DNA from: Firmicutes bacterium UBA3576
GTDB taxonomy: Bacteria; Bacillota; Sulfobacillia; UBA3569
Reading direction: 5' to 3'
Assembly (NCBI GenBank): GCA_002375895.1
Contig: DFND01000096.1
Coordinates: 1-59,299, forward strand
Length of the DNA: 59,299 bases
Shown: positions 27,688-36,910 of the stretch, one piece after another
Layout of the letters: the number at the start of each line of letters is the position of its first letter
How positions within the stretch are numbered: position 1 is the stretch's first letter
Program-made: the position numbers and the translations under genes
Notes under the pieces: generated by a model
What the model was told of the DNA's origin: nothing
What the model saw: the letters and a program-made list of their open reading frames with translations, nothing else
Database searches by the model: none

Positions 27688-28165
27688 GTGGCGTGTGGTC
27701 CGTACATCAGACAACGTCCATAATGACCTAACATTGGGGCGGCCCCATTGCGCGGGCCGCCTTTGGTGTGCCCCCTGCCGAGTCCGTTTCCGGCCTCTGC
27801 GGTGATTTGCCAGAGGCAGGTGAGTCTCCGAGATAGATCCGGATTCAAGGAGCCCGATTCAGGTGCCCTGGTGGCGCGGATCCAAAGCGCTTTCCAGCCG
27901 GCTCTTAAGAAACGTTAGGGGACTACAGTGCTGCCGTGCATCTCACCACAGTTCAGCTGCGAGGGCGGGTGATATCATGATACTGCGATGGTTGTACACA
28001 GCACCTGCGGGGCGACATACGGGTTGTTCTCGACCAGGGATTAAGAGATACTGTTAGAGGTGGTATAATGATGGAGTTGGCGGACGTGGCCTCTTCGTAA
28101 ATCGAACCGGCGGCTAGCCAGGAGCACATATTCGTTCTCGGAAAGGAACTGAGAGGACGGTAGAG

Positions 28166-28849
28166 TTGACGCGAAGGAATTACGCATACTTAACCCTCAG
28201 ATACCTTATCCTCTTCCTCGGCTTCTACGTGCTGTCTTACGGGATAGTCCTCAGCTACAGAGCAGAGCTCGGGGTGGGGCCGTGGACGGTCTTGGACATC
28301 GGCATTGCACGTAACCTAGGCCTGACTCTGGGTCAGGCCAGCCAGTTAACGGGAATTTTGGTGATACTCGCCGGCTTCCTACTGGGAATCCGACCCACGC
28401 TGGCGACCTTTCTCAACATGTTCGTGATCGGGGAGTTCATAGACGTGATCCTGTCGAGCCCGCTCTGCCCGTCGGCGCCGGAAGCGTACTCATGGCGTCT
28501 CGGCTACTTGGTCGCTGGGAGTTTTCTCATGGGGGGCGGCGCGGCGCTGTACATCTCAACTAACCTAGGAACCGGTCCGCGGGACGGGCTCATGCTCGGG
28601 CTTACCCGGTTGACGTCGAGCAGCATGGGAAGGGTGAGAGTAGCCATGGAGCTCACCGCCTTGACCCTCGGTTTCTTCTTGGGCGGACCCGTAGGCGTGG
28701 GCACCGTGGTCTCCGCCTTCCTGGTGGGCCCCTCTATGGAGAGGACCCTTAGATCGCTGGCGCTGTTCCGAGATCATCCGGTCCTCTCCAACATCTTCAT
28801 GATACCCGGGAGCACAAGAATCAGACCGCGCAGGGCCCACGCCGGCTAG
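28166..28849 (+). CDS. YczE/YitT-family membrane protein
   Basis: ELGVGPW, GTGPRDGLM, GGPVGVGTV; extended -10 TGgTATAAT about 100 nt upstream. Confidence 0.88.
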   Translation: MTRRNYAYLTLRYLILFLGFYVLSYGIVLSYRAELGVGPWTVLDIGIARNLGLTLGQASQLTGILVILAGFLLGIRPTLATFLNMFVIGEFIDVILSSPLCPSAPEAYSWRLGYLVAGSFLMGGGAALYISTNLGTGPRDGLMLGLTRLTSSSMGRVRVAMELTALTLGFFLGGPVGVGTVVSAFLVGPSMERTLRSLALFRDHPVLSNIFMIPGSTRIRPRRAHAG

Positions 28850-29457
28850 TCGCCGCTCTCGAGGCCCTTGAAGTCCTCCACCATTATCTCGACCTCAGCC
28901 TGCTGCTTCAGGCCCATCAGATAGAGCTCCATCGGTCCGGCATGTTCCTTCTTGATGGCGCGGATGATGTAGTCTCGCATCTCCTCCATGGTCTTGTCCG
29001 GGTACCTCTCCTTGTTCATCTTCCAGAAGGCCTGGATCTGCTCTTCGGAGACCTCAATACCCTGGGTGGCCAGTCTCTCCAGCAGAAGCTGCCACCTGAC
29101 CTGCTCCTTAAGCTCGTCCCTGTCCCATCCGTATTGACTTATGGTCGCCTCGAACATCTCCCGCGAAGGGTAGCTCGCAGCGATGGCCTCGATCTCGGCC
29201 TCAACCTCCTCGTCCGTGACCTCGATCCCCGCCTCCGCCGCCGCCTGGGCCAGTATGGTCTCGATGATCAGGTCATCGAGAATCTGCTCGCCTGCCCTGT
29301 CCCAGAGGGCCTCCTCCAATTCGGCCCGCGTAATCTCCACGCCGTTTACCGCCGCCACCGCGCTCCGGTCCTGAAGGTCGGCAACCCAGTAACCCGCACC
29401 GAAGCTCGCCGCACTCACAATGATGATTATCAGCACCAACTGCCATATCCTGATCAT
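28846..29457 (-). CDS. SurA N-terminal domain / PrsA-like foldase lacking an obvious PPIase domain
   Basis: N-terminal TM, VAAVNGVEIT, EAGIEVTDEEVEAEI. Confidence 0.75.
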   Translation of the reverse strand: MIRIWQLVLIIIIVSAASFGAGYWVADLQDRSAVAAVNGVEITRAELEEALWDRAGEQILDDLIIETILAQAAAEAGIEVTDEEVEAEIEAIAASYPSREMFEATISQYGWDRDELKEQVRWQLLLERLATQGIEVSEEQIQAFWKMNKERYPDKTMEEMRDYIIRAIKKEHAGPMELYLMGLKQQAEVEIMVEDFKGLESGD

Positions 29458-29532
29458 ATTCGACCCTCCCGCTTATTTTCCGAGCGCATTAGTTATGATA
29501 AGGCTTTTGCCCTCCCACGTCAAACACCAATG

Positions 29533-29557
29533 GGGGGACCCTCTCTTTGGGTCCCCC
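29533..29557. terminator. Hairpin terminator downstream of the SASP gene
   Basis: GGGGGACCC-N7-GGGTCCCCC perfect stem. Confidence 0.55.
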
Positions 29558-29590
29558 TATCGTAACTCCCGTCTCCAGGCTAGAGGTCAG

Positions 29591-29830
29591 CTAGCCCTGT
29601 GGCTGTTGGGGTTGAGTGTTAGCGAGCTGCTGTTCCGCTATCTGGATCATCCGGCGGACCATGTGGCCGCCCACGGCCCCGCAATCCCTGGAGGAGATGT
29701 TACCCCAGTAGTCCTCCGAGCCCTGCTGCACCGGTATTCCCAGCTCGGCGGCTATCTCGTACTTCATGTTATCCAGGGCCCGGTGAGCCTGGGGAACCAG
29801 CTGTCTGCCACCGGCACTGCCCTTGGCCAA
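29591..29830 (-). CDS. Alpha/beta-type small acid-soluble spore protein
   Basis: LDNMKYEIAAELG and SRDCGAVGGHMVRRMI signatures. Confidence 0.96.
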   Translation of the reverse strand: MAKGSAGGRQLVPQAHRALDNMKYEIAAELGIPVQQGSEDYWGNISSRDCGAVGGHMVRRMIQIAEQQLANTQPQQPQG

Positions 29831-30008
29831 GTGATCTCACCTCCTGATTCTGTTAACTCTAACTTTCAGTCATATTGTGCACGCTCGAATGCCGGGATAT
29901 ATTATAGAATCAGAGGATTTGAAGGTACAATTTTCGACGGTAACGCAGGGAAACTTTAAGCGAAATTCTTAAGTTATGTTAATTAGGCCCGCCAAAGCGG
30001 GCCCAGAG

Positions 30009-31586
30009 CTACTTTATCACCGACCAGAAACGCTCGTCCTCCTGTCCCAGGCTCCAGAGGGCATATCCTCCAAGCCCGTACTTATCCACCAATTTAAGCT
30101 TGAGCTCGACGCTGTAGCTGTTCTCAAACCATACCTCGTGCTTGCCGGCCCAATCCCAGTAGGTGAAGTGCGGCACACCGGCCCCGGCATCCCAATGTAT
30201 CTCGGCTCCGATGCGCCAGGCTAGGGCCATGGCCTCGTGGGCCTTGATGGACCTGGTTCCGGCCTTGGACCAGTCGTATCCGTAACCGGCCAGGCCCAGG
30301 AGGACCTTCTCCCTCGGAACATGCCTCACGGTGTACTGTACCACCTGCTCAACCCAGTCCACCGGCGCCACCGGCCCAGGTCCGCTCCATTTGCCGTGTC
30401 GGTCGTAGGTCATTATTACCATTTTATCAACGTACTTGGCCAGGTTATCATAATCGAAGGCTATGGCGACGTCGTTCGTGGATTCGTTCTCAGACCACTT
30501 AGGCATCACGGCCATGGTCACCACCAGCCCCTCTGGGCTCAGACGAGCGTGCAGCTCCCTCATAAAGGCCGTGAGGTAGGGCCGGAGATAGGGCTTCAGT
30601 CGCTCGAAGTCGATGTTAACGCCGTCGTAGCCGTTCTCCTTGACCATCCGGTAGATGTTCTCGATGGCCCGCGCGCGGATCTTCGGGTCGGTGAGCATGG
30701 CGTCGCTGGACCCGGTCTTATTGATCAGGGGCATGACTTTGATGCCCTTGTCGTGCGCCTCGGCGGTCAAGGCAGCTCGACCGGTCTCCCGGGCCCTGAG
30801 GCTGCCATCCCCCAGGACCGTGTACCAATAGGGCGCCAGAATATCAATCCTCTCCGCGCCGCGTCGGAAGGAGCTCAGAGGATCGGGGTCGCCGCCCCAC
30901 TTGGCCCAGTAGGCCATGAAGGTCTTATCGTCGGAGGTCGGCTGGCTCGGGGCCTCCGGTGTCTTGGGCGCCGGCGGGTTCGCTGCCTTGCCGACCTCAG
31001 AAGTCGTGCTCTTGCGGGCACCCGACGCGGGGGGCTCCGCCCGTCTGCCCGCCAGGAATTCGGCCACGGCGGCATGGCCTGTGGCGTCCAGGAGGCCGAA
31101 GACCATGCCCCTCGCCACCGCCTCGGCGTCCGTTATGCGGTAGTAGTCGGCCTCTACGGCCACGTGCGAGCGCTCGCTCGCCCCGGGGCCCTCTATTACT
31201 CTCAGGCCGCGGCCGTAGGCCCCGGTCTCCTCGACCAGGTACTGCTGTATGAGCGAGGCGATGACCTCTCCGTCGCCGCCGAGGACGTAGAGGGTAGATA
31301 TGCCCTTGGCGTCACCCTCCTGCGTCAGGCCCAGTTGAATCTGAGCCTCCCGGGCGGAGTCCTCCTGCGGCAGAAGGACATCAGCGCCCAGCGCCTTCAG
31401 CCAGTCTATGAGGTGATAAGCCACCTCAGAGGTAGCCTCGGCCGTGGGGCCCGGGTCGATCAACACGCTGAGGCCGGCCAGCGGGCCGACCTTGCGCGGG
31501 CGCTCACCCGCGGCGGCCGTTCCCGCCACAGTGAGTATACATAATAGTATCGTGATGGCAATAACAATTCCTCGCCTATGTAGCAA
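30009..31586 (-). CDS. Secreted GH18 glycoside hydrolase (YaaH/SleL-like) with an N-terminal degenerate amidase_3-like domain
   Basis: GYDGVNIDFE (DxDxE), VIMTYD, KVLLGLAGYGYDW, VWFENSYS; N-terminal LAGLSVLIDPG resembles amidase_3. Confidence 0.85.
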   Translation of the reverse strand: MLHRRGIVIAITILLCILTVAGTAAAGERPRKVGPLAGLSVLIDPGPTAEATSEVAYHLIDWLKALGADVLLPQEDSAREAQIQLGLTQEGDAKGISTLYVLGGDGEVIASLIQQYLVEETGAYGRGLRVIEGPGASERSHVAVEADYYRITDAEAVARGMVFGLLDATGHAAVAEFLAGRRAEPPASGARKSTTSEVGKAANPPAPKTPEAPSQPTSDDKTFMAYWAKWGGDPDPLSSFRRGAERIDILAPYWYTVLGDGSLRARETGRAALTAEAHDKGIKVMPLINKTGSSDAMLTDPKIRARAIENIYRMVKENGYDGVNIDFERLKPYLRPYLTAFMRELHARLSPEGLVVTMAVMPKWSENESTNDVAIAFDYDNLAKYVDKMVIMTYDRHGKWSGPGPVAPVDWVEQVVQYTVRHVPREKVLLGLAGYGYDWSKAGTRSIKAHEAMALAWRIGAEIHWDAGAGVPHFTYWDWAGKHEVWFENSYSVELKLKLVDKYGLGGYALWSLGQEDERFWSVIK

Positions 31587-31848
31587 CTTTATACCCCCTC
31601 ACGACATTTCGCCTACTTTACATAAAAGATTATACTGAAGGGGAACGCCCCTGTCAGCGCCTCGCATTATGTGCCAGCCCACCTCGCGCCCGTTATCCTT
31701 GCTGCACGTCGTCCATTCTCACCGGGTCGGACTATCTTCCTCGCATGGTAATGGGCCCCTGCTCCCTGGCCGGCCCTACCTGTGGGGCTTCGCCGGCGAC
31801 GCTGAGCTAGGAGGAAGCCCAAGCTTCCGCCTCTTCCGGAGCAGGAGT

Positions 31849-31854
31849 TATAAT
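31849..31854 (+). promoter_or_regulatory. -10 element (TATAAT) ahead of a leader of about 150 nt before the CBS-ACT gene
   Basis: Consensus TATAAT; no clear -35 identified. Confidence 0.4.
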
Positions 31855-32006
31855 GATCGGTCGGGAATAATTTGGAGTGACCCGAAGGTCTTGGCAATAA
31901 CCTTAAGCGGGCTTCGGGCCTTGAGGTACGAGAGCCGCCCCTTGATCCCTTTACGTTCGTGGGGACTTAGTCCCTTCGCTGGACCACGACCTAAGGAGGT
32001 ACAAAG

Positions 32007-32639
32007 ATGTTCGTCCGCATGCGTATGACCAAGGGAGCAGTGTCCGTGCACGAGGATTCCACCCTCGCCGAGGCGTGGCAGGTGATGGAAGACAAGGCCT
32101 TTGAGGGGCTCCCCGTCACCTCCAACGGGAAGATCATCGGCCTCCTCACCGCCTGGGACGTGATGTACCGGGCGTGCCAGCGGGAGAACCCGCAGCGTTT
32201 TCTCGACACCACCAAGGTCAGCGAGGTGATGGTCAGGAGGGTCATCACCGTCTCGCCCGACGATGTGATAGAGAGGGCGGCCTTCCTCATGCGCAGCAAC
32301 GACATCAGCCTTCTGCCGGTGGTCGAGGGTGAGAGGCTCGTGGGGATCATCACCCAGTCGGACCTCTTCGAAGTGTTCACGGAGATGGTGGGCTTCAACC
32401 GGAGGGGAACTCGCATCACCCTACAGGTGGAGGACAGGCCCGGGCGCATCGCCGACATCGCCCAGATCGTGAAGCGGTGCGGCTGCAGTATCATCGGCAT
32501 AGCCACCTTCAGCCCCGCGGTAATCGGCGTGGGGAACGTGGTGCTGAGGATCCGCGGCGGCGACACGGAAAGGGCCGTGCGGGAGCTCGAGGAGCATTAT
32601 AAGGTCATACACGTCACGGAGGTCACTGAGGACTACTGA
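32007..32639 (+). CDS. CBS-pair + ACT domain protein (AcuB-like)
   Basis: Two CBS domains (GLPVT...IGLLT; LLPVVE...VGIITQSD) and an ACT domain (EDRPGRIADI). Confidence 0.9.
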   Translation: MFVRMRMTKGAVSVHEDSTLAEAWQVMEDKAFEGLPVTSNGKIIGLLTAWDVMYRACQRENPQRFLDTTKVSEVMVRRVITVSPDDVIERAAFLMRSNDISLLPVVEGERLVGIITQSDLFEVFTEMVGFNRRGTRITLQVEDRPGRIADIAQIVKRCGCSIIGIATFSPAVIGVGNVVLRIRGGDTERAVRELEEHYKVIHVTEVTEDY

Positions 32640-32751
32640 AGGCCGGGGCCGACGTATAGTCGGCCCTTCGTCCGTATGGGGCCGGGCATAGAGGGAAACT
32701 ATCAGTAACGCAGGAAGGTCACACCCAGTTTAGTCATGGGAGGGATGGAAG

Positions 32752-33822
32752 TTGAACGTCGAGGAATTCTTACGCGCAGCCACTGAGGCCTCCGGCGTCT
32801 CGGGTCACGAAGCCAGCGTGGCCCATATTTACGAGGAGGCCCTTCGAGGATACGTAGACGACCTTCGCAGGGACAGCCTCGGCAACTGCATCGCCTTCAA
32901 GGCCGGCGACGGCAAGCCGCCCCGGCCCCGGATCATGTTCGCGGCCCACATGGACGAGATCGGGCTCATGGTCACCAAGATCGAGGAGAGGGGGTTCTTA
33001 CGCTTCACCACCGTCGGCGGCATCGATCCCAGGACGTTGGTGGGAGCAGAGGTCACGGTCCACGGCAGGGAGAGGCTCAGGGGGATCATCGGCACCAGGC
33101 CGCCCCACCTCATCCCCGAGGAGGAGCGAACCCGGGCCTATAAACTCGAAGACCTCTTCATCGACGTCGGCATCGACGGCGACCGGGCCGAGCAGCTGGT
33201 ATCGGTGGGCGACGTCGTGACCTTGAACCGGCCCCTCCTCAAGCTGTGCTCGGACCGGCTGGCCGGCAAGGCCCTGGACGACCGGGCGGGCGTGGCGGCC
33301 CTGGTGGGGGCCATGGAGCACCTCAGGCGGATCCGCCACGAGGCCGATATCTTCGCCGTCGCCACCGTGCAGGAGGAGGTCGGGCTGCGGGGCGCGGTGG
33401 TCAGCTCCTACGGCCTGGAGCCCGACCTCGGCGTGGCCGTGGACGTCGGCTTCGGCGATATGCCGGGCCTCGGAGAACACGAGACCATCAAGCTAGGTAA
33501 GGGCCCGGCCATCGTCCGGGGCGGCACCGTCCACCCCCGCCTGTACGAGAGGCTGGTGGAGACCGCCAAGCAGCACGGCGTCAAATGGCAGAGGGAGGTG
33601 GAGCCGGCCGGGTCGGGAACCGATGCCTGGGCCATCCAGGTCAGCCGCTCCGGGGTCCCCACCGCCGTGCTGTCCATTCCCCTGCGCTTCATGCACACAT
33701 CGGTCGAAACCTTATCTACGAGCGACGTTCGGGAGACGTCACGGCTCCTCGCCCTGTTCGCGGCTGGGGTCGATGCCGAGTTCGTGAGGGGGTTCGAATA
33801 TGATCTTACAACAGCTCAGTGA
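32752..33822 (+). CDS. M42 family aminopeptidase 1
   Basis: AAHMDEIG, KALDDRAG, QEEVG, RFMHT. Confidence 0.94.
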   Translation: MNVEEFLRAATEASGVSGHEASVAHIYEEALRGYVDDLRRDSLGNCIAFKAGDGKPPRPRIMFAAHMDEIGLMVTKIEERGFLRFTTVGGIDPRTLVGAEVTVHGRERLRGIIGTRPPHLIPEEERTRAYKLEDLFIDVGIDGDRAEQLVSVGDVVTLNRPLLKLCSDRLAGKALDDRAGVAALVGAMEHLRRIRHEADIFAVATVQEEVGLRGAVVSSYGLEPDLGVAVDVGFGDMPGLGEHETIKLGKGPAIVRGGTVHPRLYERLVETAKQHGVKWQREVEPAGSGTDAWAIQVSRSGVPTAVLSIPLRFMHTSVETLSTSDVRETSRLLALFAAGVDAEFVRGFEYDLTTAQ

Positions 33823-34819
33823 GGCCTACGGACCCTCCGGCGATGAGGGTCCCGTCAGGGAGCTGATAGCTGAGGAGGTCCGGCCCCACGTAGAAGTCCT
33901 CAAGGTAGACTCTATGGGCAACCTCATCGCCGCCAAAGGCCTAGCTTCGTCCCGCCCGCCGGTCATGGTGTGCGCCCATATGGACGAGGTGGCCCTGATG
34001 GTCTCCTGGATCGAGGAAAACGGCCTCCTCAGGTTCAAGAAGGTGGGGGGAATTGACGACCGGATCCTCCTGTCGCGGGCAGTGAAGGTGGGGCGTAAGG
34101 GCGTGCACGGGGTGATCGGCGCCAAGCCCATCCACCTTCAGAGGCCTGCGGAGCGGAAATCCGTGGTGCAGTCCACGGACATGTTCATAGATATCGGGGC
34201 CACGGATCGGTCCGAGGCCGAGAAGGTCGTCGAGCCGGGCGATTACGCCCTGTTCGACACCCGGTTTGAGGTCACAGGAGACGGCATGCTCAAGGGCAAG
34301 GCCCTGGACGACAGGGTCGGCTGTGCCATACTGTGCGAGGTGTTGAAGGGGGACTACTCCTTCCCCCTGTACGCGGTCTTTACCGTGCAGGAGGAGCTCG
34401 GACTCCGCGGCGCTACGGTGGCCGCCTACTCCATAAGCCCTGCGCTGGGGCTGGTGCTCGAGGGAACCACATGCGCCGACATCCCGGGCACCGAGGAGCC
34501 CAGGTGGGCCACCCGGCTCGGTGGGGGCCCGGCGCTGAGCGTCATGGACAGGGCCTCCATCGCCAACAAGGACATGCTGAGGAGGCTCCGGGAGGTGGCC
34601 GAGAGGGAGAAGATCCCCTATCAGTTCCGGCGCACGACGGCGAGCGGCAACGACGCCGGCCCCGTGAGCCTGACCCGGGAGGGAGTGCCGACGGCCACGG
34701 TGTCCGTCCCCTGCCGTTACATCCACTCCGCAGCCTCCATGGCCAGCCGATCGGATTTCGAGAACACGGTGAATCTGGTGTCCGCGTTCCTCGCGGACCT
34801 CTCGCAAAGGGGGTACTGA
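33800..34819 (+). CDS. M42 family aminopeptidase 2
   Basis: CAHMDEV, KALDDRVG, QEELG, RYIHS. Confidence 0.94.
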   Translation: MILQQLSEAYGPSGDEGPVRELIAEEVRPHVEVLKVDSMGNLIAAKGLASSRPPVMVCAHMDEVALMVSWIEENGLLRFKKVGGIDDRILLSRAVKVGRKGVHGVIGAKPIHLQRPAERKSVVQSTDMFIDIGATDRSEAEKVVEPGDYALFDTRFEVTGDGMLKGKALDDRVGCAILCEVLKGDYSFPLYAVFTVQEELGLRGATVAAYSISPALGLVLEGTTCADIPGTEEPRWATRLGGGPALSVMDRASIANKDMLRRLREVAEREKIPYQFRRTTASGNDAGPVSLTREGVPTATVSVPCRYIHSAASMASRSDFENTVNLVSAFLADLSQRGY

Positions 34820-34821
34820 CG

Positions 34822-35820
34822 TTGCAAGAGCTCATACGGGAACTGACAGAAGGCTACGGACCATCGGGAAACGAGGAACGTGTAAGAACGATGATCCAAG
34901 AACACGTCCAGGGGCTGGTGGATGAGGTCAGGACCGACGCCCTGGGCAACCTCATATGCGTGAGGAGGCCCACGGCCCCGGGGAGCGGCCTCAAGGTCAT
35001 GCTCTCGGCCCACATGGATGAGATCGGGTTCGTCGTCACCCATATCGATGACGATGGCTTCGTTCGCTTCGACCTCGTCGGGGGGAACTCGCCCTTCCGT
35101 CTGCTGGGGCAGCGGGTGGCCTTCGCCGATGGGACCGTCGGCGTCATCGGCACCGAGAAGATCGACGAGATCAAGGACCTCAAACTCGAGAAGCTGTTCA
35201 TCGACGTGGGGATGTCCGGCGAAGGGGCGAAGTCGCATATCACCATCGGCGACATGGCAACCTATCATCGTCCGATGGAGACCAGCGGGGACAGGGTTAT
35301 CGCCAAGGCCCTGGACGACCGGATCGGCTGCGCCATCCTAGTGGAATTCCTGAGGCGCAAAGCTCCCTCGCCGCATGAGATATACTGTGTGTTCACGGTA
35401 CAGGAGGAGGTGGGGCTGAGGGGCGCCACGACCGCGGCCTTTGGGGTGAAGCCCGACCTAGGCATAGCGGTTGACGTCACTTCAACCGGTGACACGCCCA
35501 AGGCCCGGACCATGGACGTTAAGCTGGGGAAGGGAGTAGCCATCAAGATGAAGGACCGGAGCCTCATAGCTCACCCCAGGGTAAAGGACCTCCTCCTCGC
35601 CACGGCCGAGGACAGGGACATACCGCATCAGCGGGAGGTCCTCGAGTTCGGGGGAACCGACGCCGGCGCTATTCATCTCACCCGCGGCGGAGTCCCCTCC
35701 GGCACCCTCTCCATACCCTGCCGCTACATCCACACCCCCTCCGAGATGGTGGACATGGTCGACGTGAGGGCCTGTGTGGACCTGTTGGAGGCCACGCTGG
35801 CCCGTGAGATAACCCTCTGA
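34822..35820 (+). CDS. M42 family aminopeptidase 3
   Basis: SAHMDEIG, KALDDRIG, QEEVG, RYIHT. Start TTG 34822; the ORF-track extension to 34333 is spurious. Confidence 0.94.
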   Translation: MQELIRELTEGYGPSGNEERVRTMIQEHVQGLVDEVRTDALGNLICVRRPTAPGSGLKVMLSAHMDEIGFVVTHIDDDGFVRFDLVGGNSPFRLLGQRVAFADGTVGVIGTEKIDEIKDLKLEKLFIDVGMSGEGAKSHITIGDMATYHRPMETSGDRVIAKALDDRIGCAILVEFLRRKAPSPHEIYCVFTVQEEVGLRGATTAAFGVKPDLGIAVDVTSTGDTPKARTMDVKLGKGVAIKMKDRSLIAHPRVKDLLLATAEDRDIPHQREVLEFGGTDAGAIHLTRGGVPSGTLSIPCRYIHTPSEMVDMVDVRACVDLLEATLAREITL

Positions 35821-35837
35821 GAAGGAGGTATGGAAGG

Positions 35838-36329
35838 ATGGACATACTGGAGTTCTTCCAGAAGCGGAGGTCGATACGAAAATACCAGGACAAGGAGGTT
35901 CCGAAGGAGGCCCTGGAGGCCATCCTGGAGGCCGGCAGGATCGCTCCTTCGGCCATGAACGCCCAGCCGTGGAAGTTCATCGTCGTGACCGATGCCGACA
36001 CCATACGGGCCCTGGCCGGGACCACACCCTATAATTTCGTCGCCAAGGCCCCGCTGATCATCGTGGCCTGCGCGCTGGAGAGCCAGGCCACCCTGGGACC
36101 TCGCTTCGACGTGGCCATAGCCGTGGATCACATGTCCCTGGCCGCCGCCAACCTGGGGATCGGAAACTGCTGGGTCGCCGGCTTCGACAGGGAGGCGGTG
36201 CGGAAGATCCTCGGCGTGCCCGAGGACGTAGACGTGGTGGTCATGATGACCTTCGGTTACCCCGTCGAGGAGCCGCGGCCGCGGCCGGTGAAGGACATGA
36301 GCGAGGTGGTCTCCTACGAGAGGTTCTGA
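35838..36329 (+). CDS. Nitroreductase family protein
   Basis: RRSIRKY, APSAMNAQPW, LGIGNCWV. Confidence 0.93.
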   Translation: MDILEFFQKRRSIRKYQDKEVPKEALEAILEAGRIAPSAMNAQPWKFIVVTDADTIRALAGTTPYNFVAKAPLIIVACALESQATLGPRFDVAIAVDHMSLAAANLGIGNCWVAGFDREAVRKILGVPEDVDVVVMMTFGYPVEEPRPRPVKDMSEVVSYERF

Positions 36330-36533
36330 AACACTCGCTCGGGGGCGGGGCGAGCGGCCGCTCCCCCGCCCGTCCTCCCTCCTTAGGGTCTTCCCGCCAA
36401 ATGTTTCCATCAATGCACGATCTTTTCAGCATACCCTGTGTCCTTCACGGCGGCCTCTTTCTCTCTCGGATAAAATCTCAGCTCGGAACCCACATTAATA
36501 TCGAGAACTTGAGGCTGAAAGGAGACAGGGCTT

Positions 36534-36728
36534 ATGACCGTTCTCGACAACCTCAAGGCCGCCATGTACGCGGAAAAGCAGATGGCCTCTCAGTACGCCA
36601 AGTACGCCATCGACTGCCAGGACCCACAGGTCAAGGCGCTCTTTCAGCAGATGAGTTCCTCGGCCAAGAGGAACGCGCAGCAGCTTCAAAACCGCATCAA
36701 CCAGATCGCTGATAACTACGAGCAATAA
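36534..36728 (+). CDS. Small ferritin-like / spore-coat-type protein (64 aa)
   Basis: SD upstream; helical pattern (AEKQMASQY...DPQVKALFQQ) resembling CotF-like domains. Confidence 0.6.
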   Translation: MTVLDNLKAAMYAEKQMASQYAKYAIDCQDPQVKALFQQMSSSAKRNAQQLQNRINQIADNYEQ

Positions 36729-36760
36729 CACGGGAAGGGGGTCGAAGAATCCACCGAGCG

Positions 36761-36818
36761 AGAGGGGGCAAAAGCCCCCTCTGAGTTATCTAAAGGGGAA
36801 CCGATCCCTCGGTTCCCC
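36761..36818. terminator. Two hairpins between convergent genes
   Basis: AGAGGGGGC-AAAA-GCCCCCTCT (36761-36782) and GGGGAACCGA-TCCC-TCGGTTCCCC (36795-36818); the second is followed by TTT on the minus strand (thiI). Confidence 0.65.
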
Positions 36819-36910
36819 GCGACCATGACAACTGGTTTACAGTCCCCCACCGGAACACAACGCACGATCACATCGAGAGGTGGGGGCTAATCGCTTGCCG
36901 CATAAGGACC

